Counted from the first letter of the stretch, positions 1-11,137 are shown. The stretch is DNA of 32,398 nucleotides from Lama guanicoe (GCA_013239625.1 MU054001.1:3478151-3510548), one strand, 5' to 3'. Numbers and translations: made by a program. The notes: generated by a model not told the origin, from the sequence alone.

Positions 1-799
1 CTGAGAGGGAGGTGAGGCCTCCGGCCAGCACCTCTCCCCGCAGATGAGGGAAGAACTAGTTCCTATTGGTGCCATTGGGATTGGGAGACTGAGATAATAC
101 GCGTAAAGGACTTAGGGGGTTGCCAGGCACACCATAAGGCCCAAAGTAAAACAAGAGTGTTTGCCTGTGTGTTTGTTTGAAAAAATATGTATTATCCTTA
201 AAAAAGGAGGAGAGGGACTCAGCCAACTTGAGTATCACAAAAGCATTCCTCCTAAGAGAGGTTCCCTAATACACCCAGGAGACACGTCCACCCCAAAGGA
301 CCTCAGCGCTGCCACTTGTGTGCTTGTAAAGGTTACCAGATCAAAGGGGACCTAGGAAACGCACAGATTGAGTCATCCTTTGTCGAGGCTGAGACCTTGA
401 AGTGTTGGGGATCAGAAAAGGCAACCTTTCATGAAGGCTTTAAAAGATATCAGGTAAGTGAGAACATGGCAGAGCCCCCAGCAGCCGCCGGGGTACACCA
501 GGCTCACCATCAACTCCTGCTGCCAGCATCACACATCGATTCCAAAAACGCCGGATCCAAAATCGCGCTGAGTGGTGGGCCCAGGAGGCAGCGGTGAATT
601 TGGGGATGATGAAGACGCTGGTGATGTCGAAGTAGTGTTTCTAACCCTGTACAGTGCAATCCACAGTGTCTTCTTATCTCAGCCGAACCAGATGAATAGA
701 TTCGATCTTGTAAGTGGACATTGAGAAAGTTCACCGTTGCATCAAAGAGTTAATCCAGTATTCTTTATGGATATTATATTTAGGCTCTTACATTCTTTT

Positions 800-1066
800 C
801 TTGTTGTTGTTATAGTATTTACTTATTATCATTTATTCATTTTTATTGAAGTACAGTCAGTTCACAAAGCGTTGTCAATTCCTGGCGTACAGCATGTTTC
901 AGTCATACATACACGTACATGTATTCCTTTCTATATTCTTTTTCATTAGAGGCTACTATAAGGTACTGCATATAGCCCCCTGTGCTCTACAGTAGAAACT
1001 TGTTATAAGAATAAAAACCTATTTTATATGTAGTAGTAAGTATCTGCCAATCTCGAGCTCCCAATT
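800..1066 (-). mobile_element. 5'-truncated LINE-1 3' UTR fragment (camelid/artiodactyl type) with target-site duplication
   Basis: Reverse L1 3' end (ttttattgaagtacagtcag...ttctttttcattagaggctac...ccctgtgctctacag) with a degenerate T-rich tail at the left. Flanked by tatttaggctcttaca(t/c)tctttt at 777-799 and 1067-1089 (1 mismatch in 23). Confidence 0.9.
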
Positions 1067-1085
1067 TATTTAGGCTCTTACACTC

Positions 1086-1250
1086 TTTTTTTTTAAACTG
1101 ATGTATAGTTGATTTCCCATGTTGTGGTAGTTTCAGATGCACAGCAAAGCTGCACATACATATGTGTATTCATTTTCAGATTCTGTCCCATTATAGGTTA
1201 TTACAAGATATTGAACATAGTGCCCTGTGCTACACAGGATTTGTTGTGTG
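1086..1250 (-). mobile_element. LINE-1 3' end fragment
   Basis: Poly-T followed by gatgtatagttgatt...ttataggttattacaagatattgaacatagtgccctgtgctacacag, the typical reverse L1 3' UTR of artiodactyls. Confidence 0.85.
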
Positions 1251-1286
1251 GGATCTTATGGTCTTACTAGTGATTCAAAGTTCTGA

Positions 1287-1431
1287 GGGGGAGGATATAG
1301 CTCAAGGGGTAGAGCACATGCTTAGCATGCGCAAGGTCCTGGGTTCAACCCCCAGTACCTCCGTTAAAAAAAATAAATAAACCTAATTACCTCCCCCACT
1401 GCTAAAAATAATAAAATAATACAGTAATAAA
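1287..1431 (+). mobile_element. tRNA-derived camelid SINE (Vic-1 type), full length
   Basis: Head gggggaggatatagctcaaggggtagagc (A box) and ggttcaacccc (B box), the characteristic aaataaataaacctaattacctccccc 3' part and an A-rich tail. Perfect 11-bp TSD caaagttctga at 1276-1286 and 1432-1442. Confidence 0.9.
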
Positions 1432-2029
1432 CAAAGTTCTGATGTGGGCGAGGACGTGGAGGATTGAAAGAGCCGAGTGCTGCATAAGACAGCTGGAAGC
1501 TCTGGCTCTTGCTCCTGCTGCCAGGTCCGCTGGCAAGAATGGATGGGGTGGTGGGGGGCGTGCAAATCACACACCCCACACACACCCCTGATTCTCTCTT
1601 CGAGCATTTGCCTCCCCCAGGGCACACTTTTTCCACATCTATCAGGATGTGCATGTGTGTCTTGTTCTCACCGTCTCCTCTCCCGGCCCCTCCTCCCCCG
1701 GCCCCTCCTCCGTCTCTTTCTGACGGCAGGACTCCACACCTCCCACAGACATCGTTCTTGATAATTATAGTTTATCGATTCTCCTGCTGCCCCCGGCGCC
1801 GTGTTCTTCATCTCAGGTGAAACACCGTCGCGTCATCCATCACAGCCTGCCTTTCTCCAGAGGCAAAGGGCTGCGGGTTCCAATCCAGAGAGATAGCTGC
1901 TACCTTGGGTGGAGGCCAGGGAACCTCTCAGAGGTAGACCTGACCCCTCCCCAGCTCTGAGCCCCCCCACCCCACCCCCACTCAGGCTCTGGGGGCTTAG
2001 TCAGGAGGGCAGTTGAAATCATCATATAG

Positions 2030-2220
2030 GTAAACCCGCATTGACGGGTACCACATGCCAGGCAAAGTGTAAGTGCTATTCGCAGGGACAACAGTCTGCA
2101 CATCCTCGCAGACTCCTCCTACTCACCCCTACAAAGGAGGCTCAGAGAGGTGCAGGGCTCGCCTGAAGCCACACAGCTACGAAGTGTCCCAGCTTAGGGA
2201 TCTGCACCCGAGCCTGCACA
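2030..2220 (-). mobile_element. Degenerate MIR SINE
   Basis: catgccaggc...gaggctcagagaggtgcag...gcctgaagccacacagct resembles the reverse MIR core. Confidence 0.55.
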
Positions 2221-3020
2221 CACAGATTCCCAGCTGTCCCCCGAAAGAAAGGCAGACCAGTGATGTCGGTGAGGCAGATGGTGTGAGTTGAAGGAAAAAT
2301 GCCCCAAGATGCTGGTAAAAAAAAAAAAAAGTGCCCCCTGAGACTCCCGTGACTGGCAGATGCCCCGCCTATTGCCACCCAGAAAGAGAGGGTCCCCAGC
2401 CAGCCCAAGCCAGTGCCCCAGCTGCTGTCGGAGACGACCTGGCTCCCAGGCTGTTTACTTCTCAGCCATAAACAGGAAGGCCATAAAAGGGGCCCCTTTG
2501 GGTCAGCCACTCAGGGGTTTCTCTCTCCTCCTCCTCTTCCTTTTCCTCCTCCCGCAGTACGTGTCCCCAGGCAGAGGGGGTGTTTCCTCCAGAGTCCTGC
2601 TACCTCCCAAGTGCTTTGTCCCTTTGCCTTAAAGTGTCTGTCTCCCCTGGGCTGGACATTCCAACTGTGAAAGTCACTCCTTGGAGAACAGGGTTAATCC
2701 CCGCGCCACCCCAGGGATCCCCAGGACATGTGGCCAACAGTGACAGCAACGCTCTGACCTCCCCCCAGTCTCCGCTGCCCCACCTACTTGCTGAAACTAA
2801 TGGATAACTAGAAATGACCCATTTCCTGAAAAGAGAAAACTGCAATTCTCAAAGAAACCTGGAAAGAAAGAGGCCAGGCTATTGAGAGATGAGGAGAGAA
2901 GCCACGAAAGAAAAATTAGCCTGCAAGTCTCAAAGAATGTTCTCTGCCACATTCTTTCCCAAGAGATTCGGGGGTGGGGGGGGGATTCCACGGCCAAGCA
3001 GGGTCCCATGTTGCCCTCTC

Positions 3021-3372
3021 TTTTTTTTTTTTTAAGTACAGTCAATTTACAATTGTGTTAGTGTTACAATTTACAATTGTGTGTTGTGTTAGTTTCTAAT
3101 GTACAGCATAGTGCTTCAGTTATACATATATGTATTCTTTTTTATATTCTTTTTCATTATAGGCTATTAAAAGATATTAGACATAATATCTGTGCTGTAC
3201 AGTAGGACCTTGTTGTCTACCTGTTTTATATATAGTAAGTGTGTATCTACAAATGTCAGACTCCTGGTTTATCCCTCCCTACTCCCTTCACCCCCTGGTA
3301 ACCATAACCTTGTTCTCTCTGTCTGTGAGTCTGTCTCTGTTTTGTAAATAAGTTCACTTGTGTCCTTTTATT
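3021..3372 (-). mobile_element. LINE-1 3' UTR fragment
   Basis: T13 tail, then aagtacagtcaatttacaat...ggtaaccataac...tctgtgagtctgtctctgttttgtaaataagttca. Small internal duplication caatttacaattgtgt at 3043-3058 and 3067-3082. Confidence 0.9.
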
Positions 3373-3399
3373 TTGCCTTCCTGGAGATGCTCAGTGCTC

Positions 3400-3555
3400 A
3401 TGGCCTATTAAAGTTCTGAGAAGTCCGCAAAGGGCCTTATTGCATTGTGTAAGTCAGTTTCCCAAATGTTTTTTGTCCACAAGGTTCTATTTCCACAGAT
3501 GTCCCACTTATTCTTACAGCATCTCACGTTCCCCTCTGTGCTTTGGGAACCTGTG
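3400..3555. mobile_element. Old hAT-Charlie-like DNA transposon relic
   Basis: ctgagaagtcc...cagtttcccaaa...tttgggaac resembles Charlie-family MITE sequence. Subfamily not determined. Confidence 0.45.
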
Positions 3556-4289
3556 GGTTAATGCACGAGCTCAGATGTTCTGGACCCACACTAGGTTCAT
3601 CTGACCATGACTTTGCCTGTCAGAGCCTTAGTGTTGAGAGTCACGTGGGCCTGGCCTTCTTAACTACTCATTGTTTTACTCCCCGAGAACGTGCTGAGTC
3701 CACAGACAAACAGCGGAAGAAGAGACAGGCAGATGGAAATACCTTGGCCTCATCAGGGATTTATGAAGGACCTTTGGGTCCAAGTAGATCTCCGGTTTCC
3801 AGGAAGCCCCTTCTCTCTTTGGCTCAATGACACTCAGCCACATCCTGCTCAATCCCGCAGGCTCACGGTCACAGTCATGCTCCCAGCTACGCATCGCACA
3901 GAACCACGAGTGTTTCCTCGAGGGGTATTTGGGTGTGAGGATGGTGGCTTCATAGAGAAATCTGAATAACCGTAACAAACACATTCTATGTGATTGAGTC
4001 CTTGAAAATGTATGCGACTCTCTTTACTTCCAGGAACAACCCCCAACCCGGGTCATCTTACTGCATGAGACCGCTTCTCTCTGGACACTGGACAGATGCC
4101 TGCAACCCCGTGTGCCCAGTCCTACCAGCACCTCAAAGCCTTTTCCTCATCTCTTCCCACCCACCCCCTTTTCTGTCCATCTCTGTCCAGGTTGTAACCC
4201 TGACTCTGTCACTTAGGCAAACCTCTTCCTGGCCTGAATTTTCTGTTGCTTCTTGTCTTTTGTTTTGTTATTTTAATGAGAAATTGGAT

Positions 4290-4575
4290 GCTATACGGTC
4301 CCAACCAGTGAACCAAATCAAGCTCACTGATGTCATGGCCTAGCCACGTTCAAAAAAGGAAAATGACTTCAATCGGTTGCCTAAGTACAATCATTGGGAT
4401 TTCACATGAAAACTCTAGATTTATGGCCTCTCTTTTAAAAACCCAGAAGATCTGGCAATGATTGGCTCACATTCCTCTTTTACAACCATCAGCTGGAGCT
4501 GAGTAGCAGCTTCTGGGTTCATGGGACAAATATCTCCAGTTTAGGAAAGACCCCACCCTTCCCTGGTATCACTGG
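4290..4575 (+). mobile_element. MER102-like hAT-Charlie DNA transposon
   Basis: gggatttcacatgaaaactctagattt...agaagatctggcaa...cagctggagctgagtagcagc...tctccagttt matches the MER102 consensus as I recall it. Confidence 0.75.
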
Positions 4576-4581
4576 GAAACT

Positions 4582-4695
4582 GAGACACTGACCCCAGCTC
4601 CACCACTGATTAGCTGTGTGACCCAGAGCAAGTGACTAAGCCTTTCTATGCTTCGATTTGTCATCTGGAAAATGGGAGCAATAATAGCCTATATA
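4582..4695 (+). mobile_element. MIR SINE
   Basis: cccagctccaccactgattagctgtgtgacccagagcaagtgactaagcc...tcatctggaaaatgggagcaataatag is the MIR core. Confidence 0.85.
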
Positions 4696-4696
4696 C

Positions 4697-5305
4697 ATCA
4701 GTTAGGTTAAGCTAGGTTTGCTGTGGTTAAAAAAAAATATATATATATCCAAACAGACATACACTACTATGTATAAAATAAATAAACAAGAACCTATTGT
4801 ATAGCACAGGGAACTCTATTCAATATCTTGTAATAACCTATGATGGAAAAGAATCTGAATCACTTTGCTGTACATCTGAAACTAACACAACTTTGTAAAT
4901 CAACTGTACTTCAATTAAAAAAAATCTCAAAAATCTTCAAGATTTAACAGACCAAGAGCTTATTTCCCACTCGCAATCTGTGTTCACTGCGGGTTGACAT
5001 GGGGCAGGAGGCAGAGAGGGGCTGCTCTGATCACTGTAATGACTCACAGTCCCAGGGCAAAGGAGGATCCGTATGAGCACACACCCACATCATCCGTGCA
5101 CGGACGTGAAAGTCACGATCGCGGAGGAAAGCCAGGACTCACACACCGATTATCAAAACTTCCTCCTGGAAGTGACGCACATGAAGCTTATCCACATCCC
5201 ACTGGCCAGTACAAGTCACGTGGCCTGGCTAACGTCACAGGGCAGGAACGTGTGACCCTAACCTGTGCCCTGGAGGAAAAGGGAACCCCAGGCAGGTTTA
5301 CCATA
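4697..5305 (-). mobile_element. ERVL-MaLR solo LTR (MLT1K/L-like), interrupted by an L1 fragment
   Basis: atcagttaggttaagctagg...gctgtggt at the left. Resumes after 4925 with ttatttcccactc...ggaagtgacgcac...ccactggccagtacaagtcacgtggcc. Confidence 0.75.
4751..4923 (+). mobile_element. LINE-1 3' end fragment inserted in the MLT1 LTR
   Basis: tacactactatgtataaaata...tgtatagcacagggaactctattcaatatcttgtaataacc...tgtaaatcaactgtacttcaattaaaaaaa. Confidence 0.9.
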
Positions 5306-5309
5306 AGGC

Positions 5310-5435
5310 TTCTTCCTTGGGCGCCTTCCAGGACCCTGCCCCTCATTTTATATCAGTAGCTCTGTATTCCTTTTCTTTAAGAGGACCCCCAGATCGCACA
5401 AGCTTCAGACCCTACAAAACCCGGACCCACCTCTG
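5310..5435 (-). mobile_element. hAT-Tip100 (Zaphod-like) terminal fragment
   Basis: tgtattccttttctttaagaggaccccc...aagcttcagaccctacaaaacccggacccacctctg resembles the reverse of the recalled Zaphod terminus CAGGGGCGGATCCAGGTTTTGTGGGGCCTGAAGCTT. Confidence 0.6.
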
Positions 5436-5641
5436 GCCAGAGACATTTGTTAAGAACTCTGCTGGCTCCTCCCCCACCCCCGCCCCGACCTCATGGCCTT
5501 GCTGTTCCAATGAAGTGAGTGAACCAGGGGCACTTTGAAGACAGTGTCCAGCCCTGGGTCTGCACTCCGTCAGGATCGGACTCTATTATTACTAGAACAA
5601 AAGTAAACACTTACACAGTTCTGACTCATGCTGGACACAAA

Positions 5642-5787
5642 ACAAACACACACACACACACACTAAATTTTCTTGGTAAGGAGCTCTGGTTCATCAGGAA
5701 GTGATCATTAAACAACATGGAAAATTGCCACAATAAAATAGCTAAGTATTGTGTTGTGAGCGTGAGAGTGTGTGTGTGTGTGTTTGT
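5642..5787. repeat. Opposed (AC)9 and (GT)8 microsatellites
   Basis: acaa(ac)9t at 5642-5664 and a(gt)8ttgt at 5767-5787. Confidence 0.9.
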
Positions 5788-6399
5788 GTTGGGGGATCCT
5801 GGGATGGAAAGTCAAGGCACCTGTGACCTTGAAGGAGTTTTATCCCTTTCCTGGACCTCGGTCTCCCCTTGTGTCCACAGGACATGGTGCCGGATGACTT
5901 GTCTGCTCCGTGATGCTAAGTCACAGGCCCGTTTCAGGGGTGTGGGCAGCACAGGTGGGACTACTACTTGTGGCAGAGAAAGCAGATTGCTTCTGCAGGC
6001 AATCCCACCTCTGCAAACCATCCATCTGGGAGGTCAGCCTGCAGACACTGCTCCTCTCCATATTATAGGCCTGTGTGTCTTGCCCTTAGTCATCCAAATA
6101 AAGCATCCAGCCGTCCACTTCCGGCGGCCTCTGGGCACCCTGCCCCCACACGTTGTCACAGGCTCACAGCTGTGAGTCCTTTTTCCAACAAGGTTTTCTG
6201 GTCAGCGACAAGGGATGAAAGCAAAGACTTCTTTGATGAAGCAAACTCTTCGCCTGACATGTTCTCTGAATTTTCTTTCTTCAGTCCTCCTTTGCAAGTT
6301 CCCAGTGGCATCGTCTCCCAATGCTCACGTTTTTTACTATTTGAAGGAAGGAGGAAGCAAAGGAAACTCCCCCACCCTAAGTCACAAATAACAGCCCCC

Positions 6400-6585
6400 T
6401 TCAAGTTGCCTTGCCTGCATTTACTGGCTGAGTGCCCTGGGCAAGTTCTTCAATCTCCCTGAGTCTATTTCCTCACCTGTAAATGTGAAGACACCTGCCC
6501 TGCCGGCATCTGAGCATCACTGGTAGGACTTAATTAGATGGAAGTGTTTCACTACGTGTAAAACATCTTATAAATGTAATGTGGT
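6400..6585 (+). mobile_element. MIR SINE
   Basis: ttactggctgagtgccctgggcaagttcttcaatctccctgagtctatttcctcacctgtaaa. Confidence 0.75.
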
Positions 6586-6634
6586 TGGGAGGAGTGGATC
6601 ACCATTAATTCTGCTCTGATTTCTCTGAGTTAGC

Positions 6635-7210
6635 AGTATTTGTTTTTTATTGCTGTATAACGAATGAATTACCACATATTTAGCGGCTTAAGAACAACAC
6701 TCATTTATTATGTCACGGTTTTGTGGAACAGAAGTTGGGGTGGGCTTACTGGGGTTCTCTACGCAGAATCTCACAAGGACAAAATTTCGTAAGGTGGACT
6801 CTTTCCTGGTAGCTCTGGAAGAATCTGCTGTCAGCGTCACTGAGGTTGTCGGCATGATCTCGTTCCTTGTAGCTGCAGGTCTAATGTCCTCCCATCTCTG
6901 CTGGCTCTCAGCGGGGGTTGGGGGTGGTCACTCTCGGCTTCTCCAGGCCACTTACGTTCCTTCCTATATGGCCTCTTCACCTTCAAAGCCAGTGAGGGGA
7001 CTTCAGGTCCTTCTCGCTGTTTCAGTCAAGGGCTCCACTGATTGGGTCAGACTCACCCAGACAATGTCCCCGTCGTAAGGTCAATGTACCTGCACTTTCC
7101 TTCCATCTACACAATTCCTTCACAACAGTACCTGCATTAGGATTGATCAGCTAACCAGAAGAAGAGAATCTTGGAAAGGGATGAACATTGTTAGAATTCC
7201 GCCTGCCACA
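6635..7210 (-). mobile_element. ERVL-MaLR solo LTR (MLT1D/E-like), near full length
   Basis: Begins ttattgctgtataac...aattaccacatatttagcggcttaagaacaac...atttattat and ends ttagaattccgcctgccaca, the reverse of the MLT1 5' end tgtggtaggcagaattctaa. Confidence 0.85.
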
Positions 7211-7254
7211 CAGGGATTCTTATGAGGAAGGTGAGGAAGTGAAGAAAGGAAAGC

Positions 7255-7455
7255 CCAGCCAAATGATCTGGGGAAATGCTGGGTTGAGCAGAGTGAAAGT
7301 AATTTTGTTGGCTAGGTTTTCACTTCTGGACTTATCAGAGCCATTGACAGACTATGTGACTCTTCGAGATGTACAATTTCCCAATATATTGGGCTTTGGT
7401 GTCCTTTCCTGCTAGAATACTTGTTATTCCTCTTCACCAAGTTTGGGAAAGAATT
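7255..7455. mobile_element. Old hAT-Charlie-like relic
   Basis: ggggaaatgctgggttgag...ggacttatcagagcc...aagtttgggaaa. Appears to be the same family as 3400-3555 in the opposite orientation. Confidence 0.45.
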
Positions 7456-9099
7456 ATCCAATTTTTAAAATGAATTTTAGCTCTTTGGATAACAAGGACC
7501 CAGGATGCTATATGGGGAATTCCCTGTATCTCTGTACCTCATTTTTGGAGACTTGTAACCTCATACTTCCGAGTTGACTCATTACTGTTAGGTATCCTTC
7601 AAGGCACAGTCTGGGATGCCCAGTTATCAAAAGGAGTTAATTCTTTGTGGTCATCCAAGAGGCCTCTGCACTACTTCCTCTACAGGTGAGGTCCATGGTG
7701 TTGTGCCAATGAGGCCACCCCAAGAAGGCTGCAGTTTCCATAACCCAATCCTCTGCCCCAGAACTCAGTTTGCTTTCGGTTAAATCTGAAAGGCCAGAGG
7801 ACTATACCTACAAAAGCCAGAGGGAAGGGACAGTGAGCTTCACTGAAGCTGGGCCTCTGTTCATTGCCCTTGCGGTCTGGGCTTCCCTTGACCATGCCCT
7901 GAAGCAGAGAGGAATTCCATCTTGGAAGGTACAGACCTCTAGTGAGCACCCCCGTCATCCCCTCCCTGGTCCAGGCTGGTACCTCTTTCTGCGGCTGTCT
8001 CAGGGCTGCAGCTCAGGCTGGATCTCTGGGCACTCCACAGCTTAACCCTGTCCATTCAGGTTAGGAGCTTTGGTGCAAATTTCACACGATCTCCCCGACA
8101 TCGATCTCCAAGTATTTATTTTTTTATTTATTTTCAATCCATTTATCTGTGACTCTATGCTTGATGTCAGCTTGTGGTTTGTTTTCCCTCTAAGGGTCCC
8201 CCGGCCATCTTTTGGGGAAATAGCAGTAAGTTTCGGGACCTCTAATAAACTGTAACTTCAGATGGAAGGTTGCTCTTGCTGGAGGCGAGCGATTAAACAT
8301 TTTAATAGTGCAGCAAACTTATCAACAGACTCACAAAAAAGAAAAGGAAGCGATTTTATTCTCTTAGCGTGTGTTTCAGAGTATTTTACTACTGGGGTCA
8401 AATGTCTGTCAAAGATTTTTGAAGCCCAGATTTGACTTTGAACAACCTCAAAAGATTTCTGTAACACACACTGCATCGTGCCCTATAAACGGCCCAGGAT
8501 TTTGCCTGAACATGTCTGACTATCCAGTTCAATATCACCATGGCTCCTAAAAGGTTTTTAATATAGATATTAAATATACCCATATCATCACTTCAGTGAG
8601 CGCATGAGCTGTGCTTTTTCCTCTGGGGTCTTTCGAGCTATTTGCTGCTGACATACACTATTAAAAATAAACCTACCCCGAGGAACTAGTCATTTTACAC
8701 GGTATTAGGACTAATGTTATCATTTAAGCAGCTCCAGAGATTTGCCAAGTACAGAGGCCCCAGATAACGATGGAAACATGATCGTGTGAGATAATCTTCT
8801 GCGCGGAAATGACTTTCATCATCTGTAGTATGTCGTTTAAAAGATGCTTATTTAAGACTTATACTATTGAACGAATATTGATGCCTTCAACAAGAATAAA
8901 AAACATCAATGCCACGGTTAGATAAAGGATCAGAATCACTTCCAGGGCTTGGGACTGGACCGGGTCTGAAATACCCGCAGCATCCGTGTAGCGATTAGGG
9001 AAGAAGGGTGGAAAGGGAGGAAAGAGATCCATCTCAGTTTCTCTCCCCAGCCTTGTGGGAACACGCAGACACTGGCAAGTACAAGTTTAAGAACTCTGC

Positions 9100-9265
9100 A
9101 CCATAACCTTATAAAGAAGGTATGGTTTTTATCCCCCTTTTAGAGATGAGGCAAACTGAGGTTCAGTCAGTTTTCTTAAACTGAAGTTCAAATAAGGTTT
9201 GAACCACTTCTAAGATATGGCAAGGCCAAGATTTGAATGGTTCTGACACCAAAGTCCACCTGCTC
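9100..9265 (-). mobile_element. MIR SINE
   Basis: tatcccccttttagagatgaggcaaactgaggttcag...gatttgaa...ctgacaccaaagtcc. Confidence 0.8.
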
Positions 9266-9360
9266 TGTACAAGTATTGTTCTCAACATTTGTAGAAGGAC
9301 CAGGACTCTGACAGCCATCTCTTTGCTGCCCATAGGGCAGAGACATAAATTTAGAATGTG

Positions 9361-9530
9361 ATTCAACATTGATTCATCCATTGATTCAGACAACCAACGA
9401 CTATTTCTTGAGCATCTACAATGCACTAGGCACTGTGCTAGGCACAAGGCATCCAGAAATGAAAATGGCCTAGGTCCCAACCCCAAGACAAAAGTCGGAG
9501 GTCCTCATGCAGAATCTTGTAACTGGGTAG
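9361..9530 (-). mobile_element. LINE-2 3' end
   Basis: attcaacattgattcatccattgattc...tatttcttgagcatctacaatgcactaggcactgtgctaggc. Confidence 0.8.
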
Positions 9531-9749
9531 AGGTTGGATGCCCACCGTGAATGTCTGCACAGCTTGGTAAAAGTCAGTGCCCATGTCATCTGCCTGCACT
9601 GCTCTGAGTAATTTCAACCGGCTGGATGGGAGCCAGGTCCTCTTCAATCCATCTTCAACCCATGACTTCAGGCTTGGAGCTCCCAAGAGATGTATTACTC
9701 TATATATATAACTAGCTTCTGTTGTTGGCTGTTAGACACCATGACATCT

Positions 9750-9905
9750 ATCCACTGCCTCTTCGATCCTCTAACAGCCCAGGAAAGTAGGCAATATTAG
9801 CCCATTTTAAATATGAGAAAACTGAGGCTCAGAGACGTGAAGTGATTTATCCAAGAGCACACAGATGGATGGATATAGTGGAGTGAGGACCTGGGCCTGA
9901 CCATT
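9750..9905 (-). mobile_element. MIR SINE
   Basis: cccattttaaatatgagaaaactgaggctcagagacgtgaagtgatttatccaagagcacacag. Confidence 0.85.
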
Positions 9906-9971
9906 GACACTCTTCCCCCTCCCACAAACCCATTACAAAGGACATTACCTGAGAGCTTGAAGCTTGCCAGG

Positions 9972-10120
9972 TCCTTTCAAGTAGGTACTGATATGATAGC
10001 CATTTTAGGGTGAGGGGCCTGAGGCACAGAGAGGTAAGTCACTTGCCCAAGTTCACCCCACCAGGAAGAAGCAGACACACAGCGTAAACCCAGGCCTTCT
10101 GACTCCTGACACCAAACTTC
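9972..10120 (-). mobile_element. MIR SINE
   Basis: ccattttagggtgaggggcctgaggcacagagaggtaagtcacttgcccaagttcac...aacccaggccttctgactcc. Confidence 0.85.
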
Positions 10121-11114
10121 CAGGCTCTCCTCATAGGGTGGTTCCCTTTGAAAAAGGCAATCAGGTCTTAGTCATGATTTGCCAGGTCCTCTTTGGTCAG
10201 GATGCTCCTACTCTGGGGAACAGAACCCTTACTAAAGGCAAAACATCAGAGAGGAAGTCTCTTCTGGTCCCTCTTTTCCTCACTTGCTCCCAGATGCTAA
10301 GATTCCTGCAGCCTCGCCAGGTCTGGGGCTACTGAAAGAACTTTTTTTCAGAAAAGTGTGGGGATCTATTTTGACATGAAAAAGAACAATACTTCCCATG
10401 AGGGGTTCAGCATAGGGGAGAAAAGGGGATGCAGAGAGGGCACCAGCGCTGGTTCTGGGGAAGGCGTGGACTAGTGATGGGGTCGGTCTCTGGTTAAGCT
10501 GCATGGCTGGTCTGATGGGATTTGGCAAATGCCAGCCCCACCCCACCCCCATCTCCCCCGCTAGTCATTTTTACCTGCTGCATTTACATATACATATGAT
10601 ATCTGTTATCCTAATTATATCTATTTCCCCAGGTACAGACAGACATACCCCGGAGTTGGGGTGCCCATTAGCAGATCATATGGGTCTCTGCAGCTGTGTT
10701 TTGATTAGCAGAAAAGGCTCTTTGGCATCGGAGAACTGAAATCACCTCTTAGGGCGTGACAAGCGCAGCCGAGCGTCTCACAAGTGAAAATAGGAGGTTT
10801 CTCAAAACAAGGAGCAAGAACGACCATAAAGAATTAAAAGGAAAATAACCTTTAATAGTTTTGACTGTTAAAGCTCAGCCGCGCTGAAGGCCCGCCATCC
10901 ATCAGGCACAGGACCTCTCCAGGCTGGGCCAGATTCACCCCCAGACCTGCTTTTGCAGGGAGAGGGCAGGCAGTGAGGGCCCCCAGGGGGAGCCCAACCC
11001 ACCATTTTTCCAGGCTGGGCTCCATTGGTAGGGGTGGGGGAGGCCACGAAAGTGAAGAGGCCAAGGATGGTTGGAGAAGGGATCAGCCACTTACCTCAAT
11101 TGATAGGCAAAGTA

Positions 11115-11137
11115 TATGCAAATCATTATGCAAATCA
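11115..11137 (+). promoter_or_regulatory. Tandem POU octamer motifs (candidate enhancer element)
   Basis: tatgcaaatca-t-tatgcaaatca, with ATGCAAAT at 11116-11123 and 11128-11135. Function is inferred. Confidence 0.45.

Noticed and set aside
1..770. Possible processed pseudogene or exon (perfect CAG|GTAAGT at 451-459)
   Set aside because: No identifiable protein similarity, poly-A or TSD. An isolated donor consensus is common by chance.
1287..1362. tRNA-like sequence with A and B boxes
   Set aside because: It has a SINE body, A-rich tail and TSD, so it is a SINE head and not a tRNA gene.
5717..6462. 152-aa and 164-aa ORFs, and the exon-like - strand peptide KKENSENMSGEEFASSKKSLLSSLVADQK
   Set aside because: No recognisable homology or convincing splice pair. 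One ORF crosses a microsatellite and the other ends in a MIR.
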